Source: Bdellovibrionota bacterium
GTDB taxonomy: Bacteria; Bdellovibrionota_C; UBA2361; JAAYZI01
Length of the DNA: 64,000 nt
Direction of reading: 5' to 3'
NCBI GenBank assembly: GCA_050950765.1
Contig: JBMNIF010000002.1
Span: 1,120,001-1,184,000 of the forward strand
This document shows, piece after piece, positions 10,406 through 18,948 of the stretch. The position numbers and the translations under genes are program-made. The first letter of the stretch is position 1; each line of letters opens with the position of its first letter. Below the pieces are notes generated by a model. The model had not been told where the DNA came from. It did no database searches and saw nothing but the letters and a program-made list of their open reading frames with translations.

Positions 10406-10930
10406 TTAACGAACTGCTACACTACTTGCTTCTTGAGGGTGAAACTCTGAATCACAACTAAAGTGAAGATACTTTCCAGCTCTAGCGGATATTACAGCCA
10501 TCTCAGAACGCTCAACGCCGATGGCGTAAAAGCTCATATCGTAACGATCGATCGCGACCCAACCGAGATCATCATCGTCGTCTAAATCATAAAACATATA
10601 ACTTGTGCCGTCATCACACTCCGTTACATAGTCAGGAGATCGAGTATCTTTATTGTGATTGCTAAAATAAAGTTTTGATGTGCCGACCCTGTACATTAAG
10701 GCAGGTGGCAGTTTGATAACTAATTGCAGATCTTTAGGAGATCCGAATTCTGTCTCTGTTTCAAAGTAAACATCAACTCGAACATCTGTGCCGAGTTGGA
10801 TGGCATCACTACCGATATAAACTTCTTTGACATTACGTCGACCGTCTTCCCAAAAATCATCATCATCTCCGCCACAAGCAGAGAAGAGAAGAGGTAGAAG
10901 GAGGAGGGATAAGATTGCTTTCAGCTTCAT
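10406..10930 (-). CDS. Hypothetical lipoprotein
   Basis: MKLKAILSLLLLPLLFSA-C signal peptide with lipobox; RBS ggaga before ATG 10930. Confidence 0.75.
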   Translation of the reverse strand: MKLKAILSLLLLPLLFSACGGDDDDFWEDGRRNVKEVYIGSDAIQLGTDVRVDVYFETETEFGSPKDLQLVIKLPPALMYRVGTSKLYFSNHNKDTRSPDYVTECDDGTSYMFYDLDDDDDLGWVAIDRYDMSFYAIGVERSEMAVISARAGKYLHFSCDSEFHPQEASSVAVR

Positions 10931-11289
10931 AACGAGATCTCCAAAGAGTAAATTAAGGTTGTCGAGAATTAACGGCATCTGCCGCCAGTATCATAGATCT
11001 ATAGGGGGAATATATCCACCAAATTATTTATCTCACTATGGGGCTCGCACGATAACTCTACGCCTAAGATTTTCGAAAAAAGCATAAAAAAGATGCTCTG
11101 CATACTTCTCTGCCATACACCGTTCAAGGAAGGTCAGATCGGCAAGATTAGTGGCGGTGTAATTTTATCAAACTTTAGTTAAGTCGTGTTATCTTGATAG
11201 CCTCTTATGATGTTGTGCAATCTCCGTGTATATCTTTGAAGTAACGCTTCCTAAGAAGTGGTAGCTACCTTTTAATTTAATTAAGTAAG

Positions 11290-11316
11290 TTGACATTTAA
11301 AACCGTGTGTTAAAAT
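11290..11316 (+). promoter_or_regulatory. Putative sigma70 promoter upstream of the dsbA-like gene
   Basis: TTGACA-15 nt-TAAAAT with TGn extension; the spacer is short. Confidence 0.4.
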
Positions 11317-11468
11317 AGCAAGGTGAAAATTTCTCGGCTTATCTTAACAAAACTGGAATTCAACTCTGGCGCATATTTATGTGATATCGTAAGGTGACAC
11401 TGTTAAGTTGCCTACGGTTCCAAAACTTCTGGGGTAGGTGTGTTTCAAAATATTGAGGAAGAAAAGAT

Positions 11469-12224
11469 ATGAAATCTAGATTATTTAGTTCCGTACTTTT
11501 GTCTGCGGCGTTGATTGTGCCGAGTATGGCGTCAGCTGAGACGGATGCAGAGTTTGCTACTAAGATTGAGAAGTATTTACAAACAGAAAAAGGGCAAGAG
11601 GCCGTTGGTAAGGCTATTGAAGCTTATGCGAAAGCTGCTGAGGAGCGTGCTAGAAAAGAGCAGGAAGAGCGTCAAGCCAGACAGTTTGAAGAGTCTTTCA
11701 AAAATCCTACAAAGATCGATATCGGTAAAAGCCCTGTAAAGGGACCAGAGGATGCCAAGATTACTATCGTCGAGTTCTCTGATTTTCAGTGCCCATATTG
11801 CTCTCGTGGTAAAAACAATATGGAAACTGTTATGAAGATGTATCCGAACGATGTTAAGCTTGTCTTCAAACAGTTACCACTCGGTTTCCATCCGCAAGCA
11901 ACTCCAGCTGCTAAAGCTTCTTTAGCTGCAGGGAAACAGGGAAAGTTCTGGGAGATGCACGACAAGCTTTTTGATAATCAAGGTAAACTCTCTCCTGAGT
12001 TTTATGAGGAAGTTGCTAAAGAGCTCAAACTTGATATAGAGAAGTTTAAGACCGATATGGAATCTGAAGAGATTGCACAACAGATTAAAGATGAGACCGC
12101 TGAAGCTGCTAAATACGGAATTAGTGGTACACCAGGCTTCTTCGTTAACGGAGTTGCTGTAAAAGGAGCTTATCCTCCAGAACACTTTAAGATGATCATC
12201 GATCGTTGGTTATCTATGAAGTAG
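11469..12224 (+). CDS. DsbA/thioredoxin-fold disulfide oxidoreductase, exported
   Basis: Signal peptide; EFSDFQCPYC active site; GTPGFFVNG. Confidence 0.92.
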   Translation: MKSRLFSSVLLSAALIVPSMASAETDAEFATKIEKYLQTEKGQEAVGKAIEAYAKAAEERARKEQEERQARQFEESFKNPTKIDIGKSPVKGPEDAKITIVEFSDFQCPYCSRGKNNMETVMKMYPNDVKLVFKQLPLGFHPQATPAAKASLAAGKQGKFWEMHDKLFDNQGKLSPEFYEEVAKELKLDIEKFKTDMESEEIAQQIKDETAEAAKYGISGTPGFFVNGVAVKGAYPPEHFKMIIDRWLSMK

Positions 12225-12257
12225 TGTAATCTATAATAATTACACCTTTATTAATGG

Positions 12258-12300
12258 CGGCATTCGAGTGGGTAAAACCTTCGAATGCCGTTTTTTTTTT
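12258..12300 (+). terminator. Rho-independent terminator
   Basis: cggcattcga/tcgaatgccg 10-bp stem followed by T10. Confidence 0.9.
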
Positions 12301-12405
12301 GCTTAAGATCCGAAATTGTTTCACAATCTGTTCTGTGATGTGCAAGGAGGCAGCGCTGGCGCATAAAACGGTAGCGGTATTTTTTTGTATTTTAGTTTTT
12401 ACCTG

Positions 12406-13764
12406 ATGGGGATGAAGATTGTGAAAAATCAGAGCGGCTCTACTTCTTTATTTGTTGTTGCTTGTATCTTGCCGTTACTCTTCCTCGCTTTCTCCTTAAG
12501 CCTTGATGTTAGCCATTATCTGAAGACGTTACGCAATGTAAATCAAACTTTGGATGAAGCTGCCCTGAATGCTTATCGTTATATGCCAGATCAGACGGCA
12601 GCTATGGCTGCTGCACGTGCATATCTGAATGCGCATGGGAACTACGCCGAGAAGGTGCAGATCTCGGCAGATGATGCCGGAATCCTCTTGCAATTTAACG
12701 GACAAAGTAAGATCTTTTTTGCAGAGTTACTCGGTTTTAAAGAGGGTATCCCTTTACAAGTTGCTTCCAGAGTAAGGGGCACTCCTTATGATGTTATGGT
12801 GGTGATGGATGCTGGATCTTACCTTGCTCCACCAGCAGGTTCTCCTGCTTGGAGAAATAACTTAAACTCAAGCGATCCCTCTCCATGGTATGAAGCACGT
12901 TATTTTGAGGACAAACACGGTGACTTTGATGAAGATCCACTCCTTTTAACTCAAAAATGTTTTAATCCCGCCTTTAATCCTATTAAGGTCACTGCTTTAT
13001 CTGCTGTTAAGTTTTTTTCGCAATCAAAGATGAATGCCATTGGTGCTGCCATCTATCCCGCTTCGGAATTGCAAGCGTCGTATCTGATTGCTCCTGTTGT
13101 GCAACAGGGACGTTTTCAAGCGCATTGGTCACCATTCTCAAATTTTCAGATCTATTGCGTAGCGATGGCTGAAAGTGAAGAGTTAGGAAGTCGCTACGCC
13201 TTTCCTACTGATGCAGGAAGTACCTTTCAGAAACGGGTTTATCTAGGGGACACTTTACAATACAACGAAGATTACGCACCTAGTGTTAGTGACCTTATCT
13301 GGAGCTATCCTGTACAAAGTAAGGTGGGGGATTTTGCAGAAGCCATCAACGTTATCTATAAACAGTTATTAGCGTCTGATCTTATTCATGAACGGGGCGG
13401 CTTGACGGGGTACGCTCAAAAAACGGCGATTGTTATAGCAGGAGATCTGCCGTGGAGTGATGGGAAACGGTATCCGCAGATCTCTAAAACACTTTCAAAT
13501 AACTTGGCAGTTATGAAACGGAGTGTGCTCAACTTAGGTCTAGATTTTAAGTTGTATTATCTATTGTGGGGGCATCAAGGGATAAGTGTAACAGATTCTG
13601 AAGTTTCAAGTCTGTCACACTATTTTGAGTCAATGGCAGCACACTCTGAAAGAGCCTCTTTCCATTTAAAACTTGTTTACGCAGAGAGCTTTGATGAGTT
13701 TTTAAAACAAAGGCTCCTTGATGGAGTTTTACTTGATCAGAGAAATGCAGTCGTTTCAAAGTGA
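12406..13764 (+). CDS. TadG-like Flp pilus assembly protein
   Basis: N-terminal QSG|STSLF hydrophobic segment, LD.S, Q..LD.AAL pattern, vWA-like DVMVVMD; start uncertain (12406 or 12412). Confidence 0.6.
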   Translation: MGMKIVKNQSGSTSLFVVACILPLLFLAFSLSLDVSHYLKTLRNVNQTLDEAALNAYRYMPDQTAAMAAARAYLNAHGNYAEKVQISADDAGILLQFNGQSKIFFAELLGFKEGIPLQVASRVRGTPYDVMVVMDAGSYLAPPAGSPAWRNNLNSSDPSPWYEARYFEDKHGDFDEDPLLLTQKCFNPAFNPIKVTALSAVKFFSQSKMNAIGAAIYPASELQASYLIAPVVQQGRFQAHWSPFSNFQIYCVAMAESEELGSRYAFPTDAGSTFQKRVYLGDTLQYNEDYAPSVSDLIWSYPVQSKVGDFAEAINVIYKQLLASDLIHERGGLTGYAQKTAIVIAGDLPWSDGKRYPQISKTLSNNLAVMKRSVLNLGLDFKLYYLLWGHQGISVTDSEVSSLSHYFESMAAHSERASFHLKLVYAESFDEFLKQRLLDGVLLDQRNAVVSK

Positions 13765-14753
13765 CGGATTTAATAATGAAGGGCTTTAAGATTATGAAAA
13801 AGGAAAAGGGTGTCGCTCATGCGTTCGATCCTTTAGCAAAAACATCTTCTAAAATCATGAACAAGGAAAAATGGGTCGCTCATGTCTTCGATCCTCTAGC
13901 AAAAACACCTTCTAAAATCATGAAAAAGGAAAAATGGGTCGCTCATGTCTTCGATCCTCTAGCAAAAACACCTTCTAAAATCATGAACAAGGAAAAGGGT
14001 GTCACTCATGCGTTCGATCCTTTAGCAAAAACATCTTCTAAGATTATGAACAAGGAAAAGGGGATCGCCCTTTTAGAAGGTGCTGTTTGGGCGGTAATTT
14101 TAGGTGCTTTCGTTATCGCAGGTCTAGCGATAGCGGAGCATATTCAACGTCAACGCTTCCTTGAGACAACCTTTGATAAATATTTAAGTAGTTCCGCCGT
14201 GCGTCCATTTAGATCTGATCTAAACGCTCTTGTGATTGATGATTCTGCAATTACAAAATATATAGAAGGTGTAGGGGAGGAGGTAAAGGATGAAATTGTT
14301 GAATATACAGGGAGAGCGGGAGAGTTCTATATCGAGCTTCTTTATGCAGATCTGCAGATAGATACCGTAACAGGAAAAGTTGCTGGTTCTGCAAATGTTA
14401 GACGACGTATCTCGCAGGGGGATCCCTCTTTTATCTCTCCAGAGATATATACTAAAACCGACCTTAGCACTTTAATCTCTCACTATTTAAATGAAACAAA
14501 AACAGAGAGTGGAGCTTTCTTATATGCCACGCCATCTCTTGGAAAGAGTGCTACCCTAGAAGCTATCTATCAAGGTGGTGGAGTTTCTTTAGAGCGTACT
14601 GCTTTTGCTCCAAGTGCAGTTTTAGTGGCAGCACGTGCTTTTTTCGCTAAAACAAAGGGCAGCCCTGCAGAGTTCTTAAAAAAACAGATCGGAGTAGAGC
14701 CGATCTATTATTCTTATAAGGTAAAAACATTACGTGGTGATTTTAATCTTTAA
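13761..14753 (+). CDS. TadE-like pseudopilin with repeated N-terminal leader
   Basis: KEKG|IALLE prepilin-type motif then a TM helix; the minimal start is ATG 14046. Confidence 0.6.
   Translation: MTDLIMKGFKIMKKEKGVAHAFDPLAKTSSKIMNKEKWVAHVFDPLAKTPSKIMKKEKWVAHVFDPLAKTPSKIMNKEKGVTHAFDPLAKTSSKIMNKEKGIALLEGAVWAVILGAFVIAGLAIAEHIQRQRFLETTFDKYLSSSAVRPFRSDLNALVIDDSAITKYIEGVGEEVKDEIVEYTGRAGEFYIELLYADLQIDTVTGKVAGSANVRRRISQGDPSFISPEIYTKTDLSTLISHYLNETKTESGAFLYATPSLGKSATLEAIYQGGGVSLERTAFAPSAVLVAARAFFAKTKGSPAEFLKKQIGVEPIYYSYKVKTLRGDFNL
13787..14068 (+). repeat. In-frame 63-bp (21-aa) tandem repeat, 4 units plus a partial
   Basis: ATG at 13794, 13857, 13920, 13983 and 14046; unit KIM(K/N)KEK(G/W)VAH(A/V)FDPLAKT(S/P)S. 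Confidence 0.95.
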
Positions 14754-14833
14754 GGGTAGGGCTAAAAAGGTTTAAAAAAGCCAGTTACTTTTTTTGGTGG
14801 GTAAAAACATTGCGTGGTGATTTTAATCTTTGA
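14720..14833 (+). repeat. Duplicated 3' end of the tadE-like gene
   Basis: ggtaaaaacatt(a/g)cgtggtgattttaatcttt(a/g)a at 14720 and 14800. Confidence 0.9.
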
Positions 14834-14907
14834 GGGGCAGGGGGAGCGTTAACTTTAGGGGTGGTTTGTATTAAAAAATATATAGGGTAAAAGAAGATAA
14901 AATATTC

Positions 14908-14935
14908 TTGACACCGTCCACCTATTGTATATTGT
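14908..14935 (+). promoter_or_regulatory. Putative sigma70 promoter of the argA-like gene
   Basis: TTGACA-16 nt-TATTGT ending 8 nt before ATG 14944. Confidence 0.5.
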
Positions 14936-14943
14936 TTTTCCGT

Positions 14944-16101
14944 ATGACACATGAATTAAAAGCGATACAACAAGATAAGGCTGCTCCTTTAAGACCGTTA
15001 ACTGTTGCAGAGCAGATGTTAGGTGCTACTGAATTATTGCATTACGCCGATAAATTCCGCGGATATACCTTTGCTTGCGTTATTGGACAAACCGGTTGGT
15101 TAGGAGATTTTTTCTTAGATATCAAGGTGTTTTACCTAGCGCATATCCGTATCTTAATCTGTTGTGTTTATCGTCCTTGGTTGGAGTCTCAAGTGGCAGA
15201 ATGGAACTCTAGGGGGTACGCTCTGGACTACTTTGAAACTACTACTGCTGGGATTGCAGATCTAGCAGCTGCCGTAAAAGACTCTATATCTAAGCAACGT
15301 CTCCCCGTTATCGCCATTAAAGGCACCCCTCAAGTTGATGTACCACCCTCTAAATTTCACGATGATGCTTTGGCGATGGCAGCAGCAGCAGGTTCACAAC
15401 GTGCCTTTATTTTAAGTAGCGCTGAAGGCATCATAATAAATAACAGGTTATTATCGCACATCTCTTCTTCTGACGTGATCAATATTCCAGATGATGCTGT
15501 TTTAAATGTTTCCAGAGATACCTTGAACTATCTTGCTACTAAGCAGTTACAGTATGGGATGGAGTTGGTTGTGTTGCACGCATCTGCCGGAAGTATGTTT
15601 CAAGAGGTCTTTTCTCATATCGGTATCGGAACTCTCTTATCTGATATGCACAAGATCCTCTTTAGAGGAGCAAAGCCGACTGATGCGCGTGATATCGCTT
15701 TTATTATGAAACCTTATGTGCAAGCGGGGGCGCTTTTGCCTGTTTCTGAAGATAGTATCGTACAAAATGTAGAAAACTATTATGTATATACGATCAATGA
15801 AGATGTTGTCGGGGTGGGACGTTTGACGGAATACGGTGAAGGGTATGAATTAGGTAAGCTCGCCACACTTCCCAGATATAGAAGGAAGGGGCTGGCGCGT
15901 TCAATGTTGGAAGAGTTGATAAAACGTGCCGTAGCGGACGGTAAAAAGTTTGTCTTCTCATTAACGATTGAATCTATCATGGTTGATCTCTTAACATCAC
16001 TCGGTTTTTCTGAAGTGGCACGGGAAACTTTACCGGAAAGTTGGAAAAACGGTTACGATTTTAAAAGACCCTCGCGAGCTTTTCTTTATAACCTCCCTTA
16101 A
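14944..16101 (+). CDS. argA: N-acetylglutamate synthase-like protein (divergent amino-acid-kinase-like domain plus GNAT)
   Basis: Y..KFRG.TF N-terminus, EVFSHIGIGTL linker, GNAT motif YRRKGLA, LPESW..GYD..R.SR C-terminus. Confidence 0.7.
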   Translation: MTHELKAIQQDKAAPLRPLTVAEQMLGATELLHYADKFRGYTFACVIGQTGWLGDFFLDIKVFYLAHIRILICCVYRPWLESQVAEWNSRGYALDYFETTTAGIADLAAAVKDSISKQRLPVIAIKGTPQVDVPPSKFHDDALAMAAAAGSQRAFILSSAEGIIINNRLLSHISSSDVINIPDDAVLNVSRDTLNYLATKQLQYGMELVVLHASAGSMFQEVFSHIGIGTLLSDMHKILFRGAKPTDARDIAFIMKPYVQAGALLPVSEDSIVQNVENYYVYTINEDVVGVGRLTEYGEGYELGKLATLPRYRRKGLARSMLEELIKRAVADGKKFVFSLTIESIMVDLLTSLGFSEVARETLPESWKNGYDFKRPSRAFLYNLP

Positions 16102-16165
16102 GCACGGCGTGTATGCTTAAAAAACGTAAAGAATAATTTAAAAATAAAGATTTTAATATAAAACG

Positions 16166-16501
16166 TTATAGCGGTTCTATAATAATAGGAGAGCCTGTTT
16201 TAGTAGAGGTGGGGATCTCACAACTTTTAGTAAGACAGGTTTTTATAACGGTAATACTCTTATCGGAAGATACTGTTGTAAATTGATAAGCGCTCTCAGA
16301 GTTTTTTACGATGACTCTCTTAGAGTCTTCCTCTTCAAAACGAATTTTCTCCGGAATAACTAGAGTGATGGTGATAGAAGCTTTTGAAGAGGTGCCGACT
16401 GAGCCGTTATTACTACCTGCTAAAGCATCTTGCATAAATAAAGTAAGGCTAAAAAGAGTTAGTAAAAGAATAGTAATCTGTTTTTTAAAAATACTGCGCA
16501 T
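16166..16501 (-). CDS. Hypothetical secreted protein
   Basis: MRSIFKKQ followed by a hydrophobic stretch and ALA cleavage site; start uncertain. Confidence 0.55.
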   Translation of the reverse strand: MRSIFKKQITILLLTLFSLTLFMQDALAGSNNGSVGTSSKASITITLVIPEKIRFEEEDSKRVIVKNSESAYQFTTVSSDKSITVIKTCLTKSCEIPTSTKTGSPIIIEPL

Positions 16502-16750
16502 GAAAATCACCCGAATCCACATAACCACACGGTGCATACCATAACGCAAATAAAGTTCTTACTAAAGTTTGATTTTATCAGTAAGCCGCCTTAGAGCTCT
16601 TTAAAATAAGGATATTAAAGGGTTTTTGCAATTTATCAGAAAGTTTTTATAGATGCGGCTAACTATTCAACCTAACAGTAAAGATGCTTTTTCGTGATAT
16701 GCTCAACGACTTAAATAGGCTACTTCTATAGATGCTGCCAGCTATTTAAC

Positions 16751-17395
16751 TTAATGGTAAAGGCGTTTTTTCGTGATATAATCAGCAACTTGAGGTGGTA
16801 AGTAGGTAGACGGAATAGAGCCGTTTTTTATAGCAGCACGTATTTCGTTTGAAGATGTTTGAAGAAGGGGGATCTCCACCATCTTTGCAAGCTTAATAGT
16901 GTTATTAGAAGTTTCTTTCTCGTTTGCATACCCTGCTCTTGAATAAGGGACTATTAAAGCCAACTCCTGAACTTCTTGGATAGATCTCCAAGCGGAGAGG
17001 GTTGGAATTAAATCGGATCCGATTAAAAGGTAGAGGGAAGCGTTGCTATTTAATTTTGCACGGATCTTTTTTAGTGTATCTACTGTATAAGAGCACTCAC
17101 TGGATGGAGAGTTCGGATGCAGCTCAATATCTGAAACAAAGAGGTCTTGCTCGTCTTGCAAAGCTAAAACTAACATCTCAAAACGTTCTTTATCCGTTGC
17201 TAACGGTGAGTTTTCCTTTAATGGATTGGCGTGAGTCGGAATAAAAACACAGCAAGAGAGGTTTAGAACTTGTAGGAGGTGTTTCGCAGCCGCTAGGTGT
17301 CCGAGGTGAACGGGATCAAAAGTACCACCCAAGATGCCAATCTTTCCGGAAAGGGTGGAAAATGATCTGAGTATGGGAGAGCGAGTGTTGTACAT
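16751..17395 (-). CDS. nadD: Nicotinate-nucleotide adenylyltransferase
   Basis: GGTFDPVHLGH, SYTVDTL, LIGSD, SS.EIR. Confidence 0.95.
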   Translation of the reverse strand: MYNTRSPILRSFSTLSGKIGILGGTFDPVHLGHLAAAKHLLQVLNLSCCVFIPTHANPLKENSPLATDKERFEMLVLALQDEQDLFVSDIELHPNSPSSECSYTVDTLKKIRAKLNSNASLYLLIGSDLIPTLSAWRSIQEVQELALIVPYSRAGYANEKETSNNTIKLAKMVEIPLLQTSSNEIRAAIKNGSIPSTYLPPQVADYITKKRLYH

Positions 17396-17535
17396 ATCGC
17401 CTTTTATGCGCTATTCGTTGCTGATCGAGAAAAAAAGGTGCGTTGAATAATAGCAATATTGCTATAAAGAAAGGCTCAAGTCTACTCTTTCTCTTCTTTT
17501 AGAGAAATTATTGCAAATAATGTTGATTAGTTGCA

Positions 17536-17564
17536 TTGATTGTTTGTCTACTTTTTAGCATAAT
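17536..17564 (+). promoter_or_regulatory. Putative sigma70 promoter
   Basis: TTGATT-17 nt-CATAAT upstream of the GT4 gene. Confidence 0.4.
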
Positions 17565-17682
17565 GCCTGAGAAGTTTCTGATGCTGCTGTATTAAATATG
17601 TGTTGCACCCGATATAAAACTGCCGTAGTGAGCTTTTAAGGGTGATTCGTTTTCTGCTTTCGTAAAAAAAATTAATCTGGAG

Positions 17683-18861
17683 ATGGGCGTTATGAGGATC
17701 GCGCTGCTTTCATGGGAGAGTTTACATTCTATTGCAGTTGGTGGGGTAGCTGTGCACGTGACGGAGCTCGCCGCCGGTTTGCAGAGACGGGGACATGAAG
17801 TTCACGTTTTCGTAAGGATGGGAGAGGGGCAGTCTCGTTATGATTTAAAAGACGGTGTGCACTATCACCGTTGTCCGATAGATATTCATCCTGATTTCGT
17901 TACAGAGATGAATAATATGTGTAATAGCTTTATCTGGCATCTCGGAGAGGTAGAGTTCGGACTCGGAGCAGGTTTCGATATTGTGCACGGACATGATTGG
18001 ATGTGCGCCAAGGGGGTTGTGCAGGCTAAGAACAATCGGGGCAGAAAAACAGTTTTTACCATTCACTCCACTGAGTTCGGTCGGTGTGGAAATAACAGTT
18101 ATAGGGGAAATAGCGACAGGGTTAAGGCTTTTGAAGCAGAAGGTGCTTTTTGCGCTGATCGTGTTATTACGGTTTCAGGTACGTTGGCGGATGAAGTTAA
18201 GTGGCTCTACCACGTGCCGGATTGGAAGTTACGGTGTGTCTATAACGGTATAAATTGTCACCGTTATGACGGTTGGATCGATCCTGCTGTTTGTCGCAAA
18301 ACTTACGGTATCGGTCCAGTTGATCCGATGGTGCTTTTTGTAGGACGTTTTAGCACCCAGAAAGGTCCGGACCTCTTGCTGGAGGCTATCCCAGAAGTTC
18401 TGGCTATGCGTGGTGATGCCAAATTTGTGTTCGTTGGCGATGGTTATATGCGCCGTGATATGGAGAATCGTGCTAATCAGTTGGGGGTTTCTCACGCTTG
18501 CAGGTTCCTCGGTAGTATGAACCCCGATGGTGATCTGATTAATCTTTTTAAGAGTACGGATTGCGTTTGTGTGCCGAGTCGAAATGAGCCGTTCGGGATC
18601 GTGATCCTTGAAGCTTGGTCTGCTGGAAAACCTGTGGTTGCAACGTATAATGGTGGACCAAAAGAGTTCGTTACACATGGTAAGACGGGGTATCTGGTTT
18701 ACGATCATGCAGGTTCTATCGCTTGGGGCGTAAAGGAGATCTTTAGAAACTTTGCACATGCTCAGTGGATGGGAGAGCAGGGGCGTGTTGCTGCTGCCTA
18801 CGGCTTTAACTGGGATCGTATCTCTGAACAAACAGAGGGAGTTTACCGAGAGATCTTGTAG
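17683..18861 (+). CDS. Glycosyltransferase family 4
   Basis: VGGVAVHV.EL, HGHDW, FVGR...QKG, EPFGIVILEAW. Confidence 0.92.
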   Translation: MGVMRIALLSWESLHSIAVGGVAVHVTELAAGLQRRGHEVHVFVRMGEGQSRYDLKDGVHYHRCPIDIHPDFVTEMNNMCNSFIWHLGEVEFGLGAGFDIVHGHDWMCAKGVVQAKNNRGRKTVFTIHSTEFGRCGNNSYRGNSDRVKAFEAEGAFCADRVITVSGTLADEVKWLYHVPDWKLRCVYNGINCHRYDGWIDPAVCRKTYGIGPVDPMVLFVGRFSTQKGPDLLLEAIPEVLAMRGDAKFVFVGDGYMRRDMENRANQLGVSHACRFLGSMNPDGDLINLFKSTDCVCVPSRNEPFGIVILEAWSAGKPVVATYNGGPKEFVTHGKTGYLVYDHAGSIAWGVKEIFRNFAHAQWMGEQGRVAAAYGFNWDRISEQTEGVYREIL

Positions 18862-18948
18862 TTAATCCACCTCTGGTTTTTTAACTTTACTGAAAGTTTT
18901 TATAATTAAGTTTAGTGACCGTGCTGTGTTAGCACCCCTATAAGATCG

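Noticed and set aside
18229..18831. 200-aa antisense ORF and other ORFs nested opposite known genes
   Set aside because: They are shadow frames of well-supported genes and have no motifs.
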